Of a stretch of 64,000 nucleotides of DNA, positions 43,000 to 60,593 are shown one piece after another (the first letter of the stretch is position 1; each line of letters begins with the position of its first letter). The notes beneath the pieces were generated by a model that did not search any database, was not told the DNA's origin, and was given only the letters and a program-made list of their open reading frames with translations. The position numbers were made by a program, and so were the translations under genes. The stretch lies in contig NC_091980.1 in the NCBI RefSeq assembly GCF_044704955.1, positions 129,580,001-129,644,000 on the forward strand, in the 5' to 3' direction. This DNA is from Pristiophorus japonicus (lineage: Eukaryota).

Positions 43000-45900
43000 A
43001 AGGACAACATTTATTGTCCATCCCTAAATGCCTTTGAGAAGGTGCTGGTCAGCCATCTTCTTGAAATGCTGCAGTCTTGTGATGAAGATACTCCCACAGT
43101 GCTGTTCGGGAGGGAGTGCCAGGATTTTGCCCCAGTGACGAAGAAGGAACGCCGATATATTTACAAATCAGAATGGCGTGTAACTTGGAGGGGAACTTGC
43201 AGGTGAGGGTGGTCTATTTAAGTTTCTGGTCAACGGTGACCCACAGGGGTTGATGCTGGAGAATTCAGTGACAGTGAATGCTAAGGGCAGATGGTTAGAC
43301 TCTTGCTTGTTGCAGACAGTCATGGCGTGGCACTAGTGTGGCGCCATTGTTACTTGTCCCTTATCAGCCCAAGCCTGAATATCATCCAAGTCTTGCTTCA
43401 TGCGGGCTTGGACTGCTTCATTTTCTGAGGTTTTGCAAATTGAACTGAACACTGTGTAATCTTCAACATACATCCCCACTTCTGACCTTATGATGGAGGG
43501 AACATCATTGATGAATCAGTTGAAGATTGCTGGGCCGAGGACACTGCCCTGTGGACCTCCTGCAACAATGTCCTGGGGCTTTGGTGATTGACCTCCAAAA
43601 GTGACAGCCATCTTCATTTGTGCTCGGTATGACTCCAGCCAGTGGAGAGTTTTCTATATTCACATTGACTTTAATTTTACTGAGGCTCCTTGAGGCTGCA
43701 CTCAGTTAGATGCTGCCTTGATGTCAAAGGCAGTCACTCTCGCCTCACCTCTGGAATTCAGTTCCGTTGTACATGTTTGGACCAAGGCTGTAATGAGGTC
43801 AGGAGCCAAGTGGTCCTGACGCAACCCAAACTGGGCATCGGTGAGCAGGTATTGACGAGTAGAACTCTTGACCACATCTTCCATTACTTTGCTGATGATT
43901 GAGAGTAGATTGATGGGGCGGTAATTGGCCGGAATGGATTTGTCCTGCTTTTTGTGGACAGTATGTATCTGGGCAGTTTTTCACATTGTCGCGTAGATGC
44001 CAGTATCTCTGTACTGGAACATATGGGCTGAGGGGTGGCTAATTCTGGAGCATAAGACAGCTAGGATGATGTCGGGGACTATTGCCTTTGCAGTATCCAG
44101 TGCGCTCAGCTGTTTTTTTAGTATCATGTGAAGTTAATTGAATTGGATGAAGACTGGCTTCTGTGGTGGTGGGCACTTCAGGAGAAGGCCGAGAAAAATC
44201 ATCCATGAGACATTACTGGCTGAAAATGGTTGCAAATACTTCAGCCTTGTCTTTTGCACTCGCATGCTGGGCTCCGCCATCATTTGAGGATGGGGTTATT
44301 CATGGAGCCTCCTCCCTCCATTTGTTGTTTAATCATCCACCACCATTCATGACTAGATGTGACAGGACTGCAGAGCTTTGATCTGATCCGTTGATTGTGG
44401 GATCGCTTAGCTCTGTCTGTAGCATGTTGCTTCTGTTTTTTTAGCATGCATGTAGTCGAGTTGCAGTTTCGATAATTGACATTTCATTTTTAGGTGCACC
44501 TGGTGTTGCTCCTGTTATCCTCGTCTGCACTCCTCATTGAACTAGGATTGGTCACTTGGTTTGTTTGTAAAGCTAGAGTGAGGGATATGCCGGGCCATGA
44601 ATTTACAGATTGTGGTGGAATACAATTCTGCAGTTATTGATGTCCCACAGTGCCTCCTGGATGCCCAATTTTGAGCTGCTACATGTGTTTTGAATCTATT
44701 CCATTTAACACTGTGGTCGAGCCAATCGAAGGAGGGTGTCCTCAGTGTGAAGACAGGATTTTATCTCCACAATGACTGTGTGGTGGTCACTGCTACCAAT
44801 GCTGTCATGGACAGATCAGTCTGTGACAGGTAGATTGGTGAGGTTGAGGACAAGTAGGTTTCTCCCTTGTGTTGGTTCTCTCTCCATCTGTCGCAAACCC
44901 AATCTGGCAGCTATATCCTTCAGGGCACATCCCGCTTGGTCAGTGCTACCGAGCCAGTCTTGGTGATGGACATTGAAGTCCATTGCTACTATCAGTGCTT
45001 CTTCCAAGTGGCCTTCAACATGGAGGAGTACTGATTCATCAGCTGAGGGAGGGCGGTAGGTTTCCATGCCCATACTTGACCTGAACCCATGGGACTTGAT
45101 CGGGTCCAAAGTAAATATTGAGGACTGCTACTCCCTCCCAACTGTATACCACTGTGTCACCACCTCTGGTGGGTCTGCCCTTCCGGTGGGACAGGACATG
45201 CGCAAGGATGGTAATGAACGAATCTGGGACATTGGCTGAAAGGTATGATTCTGTGATTATCACTGTCAGGCTGTTGCTTGACTATAATCATCATAGGCAA
45301 TCCCTCGGAATTGAGGAAGACTTGCTTCCACTCCTGAAGTGAGTTCTTTGGTGGCTGAACAGTCCAATACGGGAGTCACAGATAGTCGTTGAGGGAAGGG
45401 CTGGATGGGACTGGTTTGCCGCACACTCTTTCTGCTGCTTGTGCTTGAGTTCTGCATGCTCATGGCGATGAGACTCGAGATGCTCAGCGCCATCTCGGAT
45501 GCACTCCCTCCATTTAGGGTGGTCGTGCGCTCGAGACTCCAAGGTGTCAGTGAGGATGTCGCACTTTATCAGAGAGGCTTAGAGGGTGTCCTTTTTGCGT
45601 TTCCGCTGCCCACCTTTGGCTCATTTGCCATGAAGGAGCTCAGAGTAGAGTAGAACTCTTGCTTTGGGAGTCTCGTGTCTAGCATGCGAACTATGTGGCC
45701 TGCCCAGCGGAGCTGATCGAGTGTGGTCAGTGCTTCAATGCTGGGGATGTTAGCCTGGACGAGGATGCTGATGTTGGTGCACCTGTCCTCCCCGGGGATT
45801 TGTAGGATCTTGCGGAGGCATCGTTGGTGATATTTCTCCAGCAACTTGAGGTGTCTGCTGTACATGGTCCATGTCTTTGAGCTATATAGGAGGGCAGGTA

Positions 45901-46430
45901 TTACTACAGCCCTGTAGACCATGAGCTTGGTAACAGTTTTGAGGGCCTGGTCTTGACTAGCTTGTGGGACAGTTCTCCCCATTTTGGCACAACATTCCAG
46001 ATGAGTGAGGAGGACTTTGCAGGGTCGACTGGGCTGGGTGTACCATTGTCATGTCAGAAGCCGGTGCCAAGGTCGATGCCGGGTATCCGTCATGTTTTAT
46101 TCTTATTAATGTTTCCCGTAGTGGTTTGTTACAACTGAGTGGCTTGATAGGCCATTTCAGAGGGCAGTTAAAACTCAACCACATTTCTGTGGGTTTGGAG
46201 TCGCATATAGGCCAGACCGGGTAAGGATGGCAGATTTCCTTCCCGAAGGACATTAGTGAAGCAGATGGGTTGTTACGACAATCCGATAGCTCCCTGGGCA
46301 ACATTTATGATACCAGCTTTTTATTCCAGATTTAAATTTAATTAACTGAATTTAAATTCCCCAGCTGCCGTGGTGGGACTTTGGATCATTAGTCTAGGCC
46401 TCTGGATTACTCATCCAGTACCATAATCAC
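43000..46430 (-). mobile_element. Duplicate of the CR1/L2-group LINE at 16075-19200
   Basis: LLTDAQFGLRQDHLAPDLITALVQTCTTELNSRGEARVTAFDIKAA. Colinear with the 16-19 kb copy. Confidence 0.85.
45285..45951 (-). mobile_element. 5'-truncated RTE LINE with 8-bp target-site duplication
   Basis: ORF 45569-45982 (MVYRAVVIPALLYSSKTWT...QLRWAGHIVRM). TSD CTTGACTA at 45277-45284 and 45952-45959. Absent from the paralog at ~18740. Confidence 0.9.
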
Positions 46431-47299
46431 GATGTTACCGTACTCTTTGCATCTCTCAATGGCACTTTTGGAGTATCGATGTCACCACAATTCATACGTT
46501 GATGAGTCACAATTCTACAAGTCATGTTGGGTTTTGCGTGCTGATGAGTTTCATGGCTTCATGTTTCAGATAAAACAAATTCTTCAGCTCACTCGATGTG
46601 AAAAACTTTACAGGTGCCCTTGTTTTAAGAATTACATAGAATTTACAGCACAGAAAAAGGCCATTCAGCCTGGCAAATTGCAGTGGTGAGCAGTCCTTCT
46701 TGAACGTAAAACGCATCAAGGATGAGGTGAGAAAACGAATTAGACAAGATCGATTTAATCGTCTTTCAATCATGAGCATGGAGAGCGAAGTACTGAGAGG
46801 ACTTGACTTCACACACTGAGCCTCCTCCCAACTTCATTTAACCCGATCAGCATATCCTTCCAATAATTCCTCCCTCATGTGTTTATCCAGCTTCCCCTTA
46901 AACACTGTCTATGCTTTTTGCCTCAACTATTCCTTTTAATAGCGAGTTAAAGATTCTAAACACTCTGAGTAAAAAAGTTTCTCTTGAAGTCTCTCTTAGA
47001 TTACGAATTCTATGGTGATCAGAACTCTGCACAATACTCCAAGTGTTGTCTAGCCAAGGTTCTAGATAAATTTAACATGCTGAACAGGGATGTGGTTCAG
47101 CTGCAGGCGTTCCTCGCTCTTAGCTCAGAACTGAGCGAATGGTTAACCCTCATCTGTGCCTTTTTATCTCTAGAATTGACTATTTCAATGCTCTCCTGCT
47201 CGCCTTACATGCTCCATAAACTTAAGCTTATCCAAAACTCTGCTGCCTGTAACAGACACCTAGTCCATTCACCCATAACCCCTGTGATTGTGGACCATC

Positions 47300-47504
47300 T
47301 GTTATATATGTTAACTGGGTTTTACCTGTCAATGGAGGGCGTGACTATCGGAGTCCTAATGGTCACTGGCAGACACGAGCAAGCCGTGTATATAATGTTG
47401 GCAGCCATGTTGAATCCTCACTTTGAGAATAAATAAACTGGAGTGAGGTGATGCCTGAACTAGCTCACCATACTTAGCCTCGTGGAGTTATTCGATACAT
47501 AACA
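47300..47504 (+). repeat. Gypsy 5' LTR
   Basis: TGTTAT...ATAACA; direct repeat of 55876-56069. Confidence 0.92.
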
Positions 47505-50500
47505 ATTGGTGACGAGTTAAAAAATACGAGCTTTCACCCAACCATGTCTGTTGGAATTTTGGAGTGATTCATGGAAGGGGAAGACTGGGAGGATTTCACT
47601 GATTGCCTCGGCTGGTACTTCATAGCCAATGGATTGGAAGGAACCGATAACGCAATTAAGCGCAGGTTCTCCTCACAGTTTGTGGGTAAAAAATTTATGG
47701 CCTTATCAAGAATCTCCTCTCACTGACTGACTCGACAACGGATAAGACTTACAATGAATTGTGTACGCTGGTTTGGAACCACTTTGAACTGAAGGAAAGC
47801 ATCATCATGTCGAGGTATCATTTCTTTACTCACAATCGCTCCGAGGGCCAGGACGTGGCGGAATTTGTCGCCGACCTGAGACGTCTCGCTGAGCCGTGCA
47901 ACTTCAGAGCTGCGTTGCAGGAAATGCTGTGGGACATTTTCGTGCTTGTCATTGGCCACAAGGTCATCATTCGAAAGCTGCTGGCTGCTGAATCTCTCGA
48001 CTTGAGCAGTGCCATCATGATCGTCCAGGCATGCATGTCTTCGGACGAAAACTCGAAACAGATATCTTCCCAGCATCGAAGCTCACCGGCAAGTACTGTG
48101 CATAAAATAATATCGTCGGCAGACAGAGCTGCACATGGCAGGGCCTACTCGTCCGCATTCGTACGACCTGTAACTGCTCAAAGTGTGCCATTGGGGGCGA
48201 AACAAATCTCGCCTGGTTGGCATTGCGGGGGCTATCATTGGGCCCATCAATATCGATTCAAGAATAAGTGTGCAAAGGCGGTGGGGCACCTTCAGTGAAT
48301 GTGTCCGCAACCGAGCAAGCATGCTGCGACACACCACGTGGCCGAGGATGATCGATCCAGTGTGGATCAAGCGGCTAAGGCAACTCAACCTGAGGTACAG
48401 GATGGAGAAGTGTATGGGGTACATTCTTTTACCAAATTCCTCCGATAATGCTGGAAGTTAAATTAAATGAGGTTCCAGTATCCATGGAATTGGACACGGG
48501 TGCGAGTCAGTCAATAATAAGCCAGAGGGCTTTCGAAAAGCTGTGGGACACGAAGGCAAAAAGACCCAAACTGAGCCCAATCAACACGAAGTTGTGTACC
48601 TACTCCAAAGAGCTCATACCAGTCATTGGCAGCGCGGCAGTAAAGGTATCGTATGATGGAGCTGTGCATGATTTATCGTTGTGTATTGTTCCAGACAATA
48701 GCCCAGTGCTGTTCGGCAGGGGTTGGCTTGAGAAAATTAAATGGAACTGGAACGATATTAAAGCCTTATCCTCAGTGGATGACGCTTTGTGTGCTCAAGT
48801 GCTGAGCAAGTTTCCCTCGTTGTTCGAATCAGGCATTGGCAACTTCACAGGAGCCAAGGTGCAGATCCACCTTGGCCCTGATGCAAGACCCGTTCATCAC
48901 AAGGCTCGGGTTGTTCCGTACATGATGTGGGAGAAGGTCGAGATCGAACTGGACAGACTTCAACGAGAAGGAATCATATCACCAGTCGAGTTCAGCGAAT
49001 GGCCCAGTCCAATTATCCCGATGTTGAAAAGTGATAGCACGGTCAGGGTCTGTGGCGACTACAAGGTAACAATCAACCGAGTCTCGATACAGTATCCATT
49101 ACCCAAGGCTGACGACCTGTTTGCAATGTTAGCGGCGGGGAAGTCGTTCACCAAATTGGACCTGAATGCTGCTTACATGACACAGGAGCTGGTCAAATCT
49201 TCAAAAAAAATTATTTGTATCAACACGCACAAAGGACTGTTTATATACCACAGATGCCTTTTTGGAATTTGCTCGATGGGAGCCATATTTCAGAGAAATA
49301 AGGAGAGTTTGCTGAAGTCCTTCCCGATAACTGTCATCTTCCAAGATGGCATCCTGATCGCCGGTCGCGATGCCACCGAATACCTGCAAAACCTGGAAGA
49401 GGTTCTACGTCATCTGGACAGAGTGGGACTCAGGCTAAAACACTCCAAGTCTGTTTTCATGGCACCAGATGTTGAATTCCTGGGGAGAAAGATTGTGGCA
49501 GATGACATCAGGCCTAGGGACTCGAAGGCAGAGGCCATTAAGAATGCACCCACACTCCAGAGTGTGACGGAGCTGCATTCGTTCCTGGGTCTTCTCAACT
49601 ATTTCGGTAACTTTCTACCTAGTTTGAGCACATTGCTAGAGCCTTTGCACATGTTGCTAAGAAAGGGTAACAACTCAAATCTCAAGACAGAGCCTTTGAG
49701 AGGGCCAGGAACCTGCCATGTTCCAATAAATTACTGGTACACTATGACCCATATAAGCGATTAGTGCGGGCCTGCGACGCCTCTTCATATAGGGTCGGTT
49801 GTGTGCTCCAGCAAGCCAATGTATCAGGCAAACTCCAATCAGTTGCCTACACATCCAGAAGTCTGTCTAAAGCCGGATAGAGCCTATAGTTTAGTAGAGA
49901 AAGAGGCTTTAGCATGCATATATGGGGTTAGGAAAATGCACCAATACATATTAGGGCTTCGGTTTGAACTTGAAACAGACCACAAGCCGCTCATTTCATT
50001 GTTTTCTGAGAACAAAGGTATAAACACCAGTGTCTTGGGCACTGACATTATCCGCTTATGATTATGTCACCCGCCACAGACCAGGCTCTGAAAACTGTGC
50101 TGATGCGCTCAGCCGGCTACCATTTCCCACAACCGGGGTGGTAATGCCGCAGCCCGCAGACTTGTTGTTGGTCATGGATGCGTTCGAGAGCGAGGGATCA
50201 CCCTTCACGGCTCGCCAAATTAGGACCTGGACCAGCCATGATCCTGTGCTGTCAAACGTAAAAAGGTGTGTCTGAAATGGAAATTGGTCTGCCATTCCCA
50301 GGGAAATGCAGGATGAAATTAAGCCTTATAGCCACCACAAAGATGAATTGTCTGTTCAGTCTGATTGTCTGTTATAGGGTAATCGTGTCGTTAGGCCAAA
50401 AAAAGGCAAGGAAACTTTTGTGCAAGATTTACACAGCAGCCATCCAGGCATTGTCATAATGAAGACCATTGTCAGGTCTCACGTTTGGTGGCACGGCATT

Positions 50501-51004
50501 GACTCGGACTTGGAGTCATGCGTGCATCAGTGCAACATTTGCATGTAACTGAGTAATGTACCTGTGGAGGCTCCGCTGAATCTATGGTCATGGCCGTCCA
50601 AACCGTGGTCAAGGATCCACATAGACTTTGCCGGCCCATTTCTCGGCAACATATTTTTAGTGGATTGTATGCGTAATTATATCATCCAGCACGTCACAGC
50701 CACTATTGAAAGCATCCGGGCAATGATCACCGCTCATGGACTACCCGACGTCCTTGTCAGCGACAACAGACCGTGTTTCACCAGTTCGTAGTTCCAGGAG
50801 TTTATGACTCATAATGGCATCAAGCAAATCAGGTTGCCCCTTTCAAACCCATGTCTAGTGGTCAAGCGGAGCGGGCTGTCCAAACCATTAAGCAGAGCCA
50901 AAAACGCGTGACTCATGGCTCCCCACTTGACCTGCATTCTGCTCATTTGCCAGACGAGACTCCACTCGCTCACCGGGATCCCCCCTGCCAAGCTGTTAAC
51001 GGAG

Positions 51005-54000
51005 AAACATAGAAAATAGATGCAGGAGTAGGCCATTCGGCCCTTCGAGGCTGCACCACCATTCAATAAGATCATGGCTGATCATTCACCTCAGTACCCC
51101 TTTCCTGCTTGCTCTCCATACCCCTTGATCCCTTTAGCTGTAAGGGCCATATCTAACTCCCTCTTGAATATATCCAATGAACTGGCATCAACAACTCTCT
51201 GCGGAAGGGAATTCCACAAGTTAACAACCCTCCGAGTGAAGAAGTTTCTCCTCATCTCAGTCCTAAATGGCTTACCCATTATCCTTAGACTGTGTCCCCT
51301 GGTTCTGGACTTCCCCAACTTCGAGAACATTCTTCCTGCATCTGACCTGTCCAGTCCCGTCAAAATGTTATATATTTCTATGAGATCCCCTCTCGTCCTT
51401 CTAAACTCCATTGAATAAAGGCCCAGTCGATCCAGTCTCTCCTCATATGTCAGTCCAGCCATCCCTGGAATCAGTCTGATGAACCTTCGTTGCACTCCAT
51501 CAATAGCAAGAACGTCCTTCCTCAGATTTGGACACCAAAGCTGAACACAATATTCCAGGTGAGGCCTCACCAAGGCTCTGTACAACTGCAGTACGACCTC
51601 CCTGCTCCTATACTCAAAATCCCTAGCTATGAAGGCCAACATACCATTTGCCTACTTCACCGCCTGCTGTATCTCCATACCAACTTTCAATAACTGATGT
51701 ACCATGACACCCAGGTCTCGTTGCACCTCCCCTTTTCCTAATCTGCCGCCATTCAGATAAAATTCTGCCTTTGTGCTTTTGCCCCGAAAGTGGATAACCT
51801 CACATTTATCCACATTATAATTCATCTGCCATGCATTTGCCCACTCACCTAACCTGTCCAAATCACCCTGAAGCCTCTTAGCATCCTCCTCACAGCTCAC
51901 ACCACCTTCCAGCTTAGTGTCACCTGCAAACTTGGAGATATTACACTCAATTTCTTCATCCAAATCATTAATGTATATTGTAAAGAGCTGAGGTCCCAGC
52001 ACTGAGCCTTGCGGCACCCCAGTAATCACTGCCTTTCATTCTGAAAAGGACAAATTTATGCCGACTCTCTGCTTCCTGTCTTCTCTCCCCTCAATACCAT
52101 GTGCTTTAATTTTTCACACCAATCTCTTGTGTGGGACCTTGTCAAAAGCCTGTTGAAAGTCCAAATACACCACATCTATTGGGTCTTCCTTGTCCACTCT
52201 ATTAGTTACATCCTCAAAAAATTTCAGAAGATTTGTCAAGCGTGATTTCCCTTTCATAAATCCATGTTGACTTGGACCGATCCTGTCACTGCTTTCCAAA
52301 TGCGCTGTTATTTCATCTTTAAAAATTGATTCCAACATTTTCCACACTACTGATGTCAGGCTAACTGGTCTCTAATTACCCATTTTCTCTCTCCCTCATT
52401 TTTTAAAAAGTGGTGTTACATTAGCTACCCTCCAGTCCATAGAAACTAATCCAGAGTCGATGGACTGTTGGAAAATTATCACCAATGCATCCACTATTTC
52501 TAGGGCCACTTCCTTAAGTACTCTCGGATGCAGACTATCAGGCCCTGGGGATTTTTCGGCCTTCAATCCCATCAATTTCCCTCAAACAATTTCCCGCCTA
52601 TTAAGGATATCCTTCAGTTCCTCCTTCTCACTTGACCCGCGGTCCCCTAGTCCTTCCGGAAGGTTATTTGTGTCTTCCTTAGTGAACACAGAACCAAAGT
52701 GTTTCTTCAACTGGTCTGCCATTTCTTTGTTCCCCATTATAAATTCACCTGAATCTGACTGCAAGGGACCTACGTTTGTTTTCACTAATCTTTTTCATTT
52801 AACTATAGAAGCTTTTGCAGTCAGTTTTCATGTTCCCGGCAAGCTTCCTCTCATACTCTATTTTCCCCCTCCTAATTAAACCCTTTGTCCTCTTCTGCTG
52901 AAGTCTAAATTTCTCCCCATCTTCAGATTTGCTGTTTTTACTGGCCAATTTATATGCCTCTTCCTTGAATTTAACACTATCCTTAATTTCCCTTGTTAGC
53001 CACGGTTGAGCCACCTTCCCTGTTTTATTTTTTATTCCAGACAGGGATTTACAATTGTTGAAGTTCATCCATGTGATCATTAAATATTTGCCATTGCCTA
53101 TCCACCGTCAACCCTTCAAGTGTCATTTGCCAGTCTATTCTAGCCAATTCACTTCTCATACCATCAAAGTTACCTTTCCTTAAGCTCAGGACCATAGTTT
53201 CTGAATTAACTGTGTCACTCTCCATCTTAATAAAGAATTCTATCATATTATGGTCACTCTTCCCCAAGGGACCTCGCACAACAAGATTGCAAATTAGTCC
53301 TTTCTCATTACACATCACCCAGTCTAGGATGGCCAGCCCTCTAGTTGGTTCCTTGACATATTGCTCCAGAAAACCATCTCTAATACACTCCAGGAAATCC
53401 TCCTCCACCGTATTGCTACCAGTGCGGTTAGTCCAATCTATATGTAGATTAAAGTCGCCCATGATAACTGCTGTACCTTTATTGCAAGCATCCCTAATTT
53501 CTTGTTTGATGCTGTCCCCAGCCTCACTACTACTGTTTGGTGGTCTGTACACAACTCCCACTTGCGTTTTCTGCCCTTTGGTATTCCGCAGCTCTATCCA
53601 TACAGATTCCACATCATCCAAGCTAATGTCCTTCCTTACTATTGCGTTAATTTTCTCTTTAACCAGCAATTCTACCCCACCTCCTTTTCCTTTCTGTCTA
53701 TCCTTCCTGAATGTTGAAAACCCTGGATGTTGATTTCCCAGCCTTAGTCATCCTGGAGCCGTGCCTCCGTGATGCCAATTATATCATATTCATTAATTGC
53801 TGTCTGTGCAGTTAATTCATCCACCTTATTATGAATACTCCACGCATTGAGGCACGAGCCTTCAGGCTTGTCTTTTTAACACACTTTGCCCTTTTAAATT
53901 TTTTACGGAATGTGGCCCTTTTTGGTTTTTGCCTTGGGTTTCTCTGCCCTCCACTTTTACTTTGCTTCTTTCTATCTTTTGCTTTTGCTCCCATTCTACT

Positions 54001-55329
54001 TCCCTCTGTCTCCCTGCATAGGTTCCCATCCCACTGCCATATTAGTTTATCCTCTCCCCAACAGCACTAGCAAACACTCCCCCAAGGACATTGGTTCCGG
54101 TCCTGCCCAGGTGCAGACCATCTAGCTTGTACTGGTTCCACGTCCCCCAGAACCGGTTCCAATGACCCAGGAATTTGAATCCCTCCCTTTTGCAACACTC
54201 CTCAAGCCAGGTATTCATCTGAGCTATCCTGCGACTCCTACTCTGACTAGCACGTGGCACTGGTAGCAATCCTGAGATTACTACCTTTGAGGTCCTATTT
54301 TTAATTCAACTCCTAGCTCCCTAAATTCAGCTTATAGGACCTCATCCTGTTGTTTTCCTATATCGTTGGTACCTATATGCACCATGACAAATGGCTGTTC
54401 ACCCACCCCCTTCAAAATGTCCTGCAACCGCTCAGAGACATCCTTGACCCTTACACCAGGGAAGCAACATACCTTCCTGGAGTCTCGATTGCGGCCGTAG
54501 AACCGTCTATCTATTCCTCTTACAAATAGAATCCCCTATCATTATAACTCCTCCACTCTTTTTCTTGCACTCTTGTGCAGCAGAGCCACCCACAGTGCCA
54601 TGGACTTGGCTGCTGCTGCCCTGTCCTGATGAGTCATCTTCCCCAACAGTAGCCAAAGCGGTGTATCTGTTTTGGAGAGGGATGATGGCAGGGGACCTCT
54701 GCACTTCCATCCTTCCACTGCTCTTCCTGTTGGTCATCCATTTCCGATCTGTCTGTGTAACCTTTACCTGCGGCAAGACCAACTCACTGAATGTGCTATT
54801 CATGGCATCCTCAGCATCGCGCATGCTCCAAAGTGAATCCATCCGCAGCACCAGTGCCGCAATGCAGTCTGTCAGAAGCTGCAGCAGGGTACACTTCCCA
54901 CACATGTAGTCGTCAGGGACACTGGAAGCGACCCTGAGTTCCCACATAGCACAGGAGGAGCATGACACGTGTCCGAGCTCTCCTGCCATGATTTAACCCG
55001 AAGATTAACTTAATTTGGCAACAACAATGATAAAGGTTACCTACTGACAGGGAAAAGAAAAAGAAAAATTACTCACCAATCACCAGCCAATCACTTACCC
55101 CCTTGGCTTTCGATTTCTTTCTACTTCTTTGTTTACCATCAGCCCCTGCAGCTGCACCAGCTAATCTTTTATAGGCCTCCGTCCCTGGCCTCTCCTCAAC
55201 TCACCGATGCTCCTCACTCACGGGTATTTTATAGGCCTCTGAACCCGGATTCCCGCCTCTCCTCGACTCACCGACAATCCTCACTCGCTGGCCTTTTATA
55301 GGCCTCCGACCCCGGACTTCTGCCTCTCC
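51005..55329 (-). mobile_element. Full-length CR1 LINE inserted in the Gypsy integrase
   Basis: 5' UTR with repeated ttttataggcctc units, ORF1 start MAGELGHVSCSSCAMWE...CGKC zinc finger (54507-54989), esterase, APE and RT. Degenerate TSD ttaacggag (50996-51004) / ttaatgaag (55330-55338). Confidence 0.93.
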
Positions 55330-55875
55330 TTAATGAAGAGAGGCCTCAAAAACAGGCTTTCCCTTGTACACCTGGATCTCAATGATCATGTCAAAATCAG
55401 AAGGCAACAGCAGCAATGGTACCACGATCGCGCGGCTGTATCATGTGACATTGCTGTTCATGACCCTGTGTTTGTCCTGAATTATGGTCATGGTCCAAAG
55501 TGGGTTGCTGGCACGGTTTTGGCCAAGGAGGGGAACAAGGTGTTTGTAGTCAAACGGTTAAATGGCCAAACGTGCAAGAAGCACATTAACCAAACCAAAC
55601 TGCGATTCACAGACAATCCCGGAATAAATTGAAGATGACATCATCATTGACCAACCAACACACATCCAACCATCAGTTGAGCCTTGTGTGATTCATGAAG
55701 ACATACCTACCATCCCTGATAGCCCTGTCAGACCGACTGTTCCGCAATGCAACAATGGTCCTACTAACTCACCCAAGTTTGGTTTCAAACTGAGAAGATC
55801 AACCAGGGAGCGAAAGGCCCCAGACCGTCTCAACTTGTAAATGCAACCTATACCAAGGACTTTAAGGGTGAATGA

Positions 55876-56069
55876 TGTTATGTATGTTAACTGGGTTTTA
55901 CCTGGCGTGACTGTCGGAGTCCTAATGGTCACTGGCAGACAATGCAAGCTGTGTATATAATGTTGGCAGCCATGTCGAATCCTCACTTTGAGAATAAATA
56001 AACTGGAGTAAGGTCATGCCTGAACTAGCTCACCGTACTTAGCCTCGTGGAGTTATTTGATACATAACA
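55876..56069 (+). repeat. Gypsy 3' LTR
   Basis: Direct repeat of the 5' LTR with an 11-nt deletion and several substitutions. Confidence 0.92.
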
Positions 56070-56461
56070 GCAGCATTGGCTCCCAGTCTGACAGCGCCTC
56101 AAATTCAAGATTCTTATCCTTGTATTTAAATACCACCATGTCCCCTCCCTCACCTCTTTTCCTGGCACATTGATAACATCGGTGCTGTTTCCTGCTCTCG
56201 GAATAAACTGGAAAATTTAATTCACTATGTTTCCAATTTGCACCCTTCTCTCACCTTCACATGGTCCATCTCTGTCTCTTCCCTTCCCTTTCTCAACTTC
56301 TCTGTTTCTATTTCTAGACATAGTCTATTGATAAATATCCAATGAGTTATTTGGATGTTGCTTCAAACCTGCAGATACCTGAAAATGACCAACCCACTGA
56401 ACAAACCAGTACTAGTAAAAATACACTGACTCGCAAACAACAGAGGATTTAATGACCCTTT

Positions 56462-56790
56462 CAAGGTGGCCATTAACTGGTCCAGACAGAGCACAGTCGA
56501 TGGGGTGTTCTCTCCGTCTGCCTGCCTCTCTTCTGCGGCTATGTCCGTGCCTGGTTATCCCTGGAGAGGGAGCACGCAGTGTCTGTTGGTATGCTGGAGC
56601 CTTTCCGTGACCTGTGGGCACCAGAGGGGCAGCGTGGATACAGGGAACTAACATAAAATTTGAAAGATTTTTATGTTAGTTTTGCCATAATGTCGATCTT
56701 TCAGTCTATTCCCCTTTATAAAGGGGGCACTTATGGTTTAAGTGTTTCCGATAGCTGATTTAATCATCCCAATTAATTAGCCCAAAGAGT
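56462..56790 (+). mobile_element. Tx1-type retrotransposon 3' remnant (variant B) upstream of FT5
   Basis: Homologous to 20447-20785. Confidence 0.6.
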
Positions 56791-57116
56791 AGAGGATCCA
56801 ATTAAACCTGTGACTTTGGATATTTGAACTGTGTTTGAGGAAAGTTAGGACAATTGAGATCCTCATTGAGTTGTCAGCCAATGATGTTCATTCTTCAAAG
56901 ATCTGACTGGCTCTGGGAAGCCATCTAACCTCCTTCCTTTACTTGATTGGTGCTCTGAGAGGCTGACACTTCTGATTGAGTGTTGATGACTGTCACTCAT
57001 CATCAAGAATGCCACACCCTGGATTATCCCTCAGTATTAATGCAGGAGTTTGAGATTGATTCAATGTTACCTTTGTACTTCGACAATGTTTTTACTTCAG
57101 AAAATAAAACAGTAAG

Positions 57117-59982
<2,866 letters not shown>

Positions 59983-60593
59983 ACTGACTGCCAGGAACAA
60001 GCTTGTTGTGTTCTGTACCAGTCTTTCGAGAATTGTCTGAGATTCTCTCCTGCATGGAATAACTGCCTGTGACTTTGTACAGGCTGTGAGACCTGGCCTC
60101 ATGGTGAATAAACTGTTTGGTATTGAACTGGGTTTTGTCATTTTATATTTGAGTGAGTGGTTGCTTATTTTCAGATTAATGTCTGCCCAGAATTACACTG
60201 GGCTGTGTAACTGCTTTATTGTTCCTCTTTTCTTCTGGTGTAAGTCTGATTTGTTGAACTGCATCTTCAGGGTCTCGTGTGGAAGATCTAATTCTAAATC
60301 TGTGTATCCATTGAGAGTATATTATTTGGTGTATTTCAGTGATTGTTCCAATGCTGTAATCCAACAACTTGCATTGATGTAGCACTTGTAAAATGTCCTG
60401 AGCAACATAAGGGAATGGGACAAGTACCCAGAGGTAAGCCCTTTAGGAGTCAAGTGTTATGGTGAGCATGCAGGAAAGTGGAGTTGAGGCCAAGATCTTA
60501 CTGAATGGTGGAGCAGGTTGAAGGAACCAAATGGCCAAATCCTGGTCCTCTACCTTATGTAGGGAGGGGACTCTAGAGCCATGGCCCCAGGCA

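Larger units (their letters stand above)
47300..56069 (+). mobile_element. Gypsy/Ty3 LTR retrotransposon, full-length but degenerate, interrupted by a CR1
   Basis: 5' LTR 47300-47504, PBS TGGTGACGAG, gag remnants 47543-48450, pol with protease ELDTGAS, RT, RNase H and integrase (WPSKPWSRIHIDFAGP) to 50995, resuming 55330-55632. Purine tract, then 3' LTR 55876-56069. Degenerate TSD ccatc/gcagc (empty site ccacc at ~20055). Confidence 0.93.
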
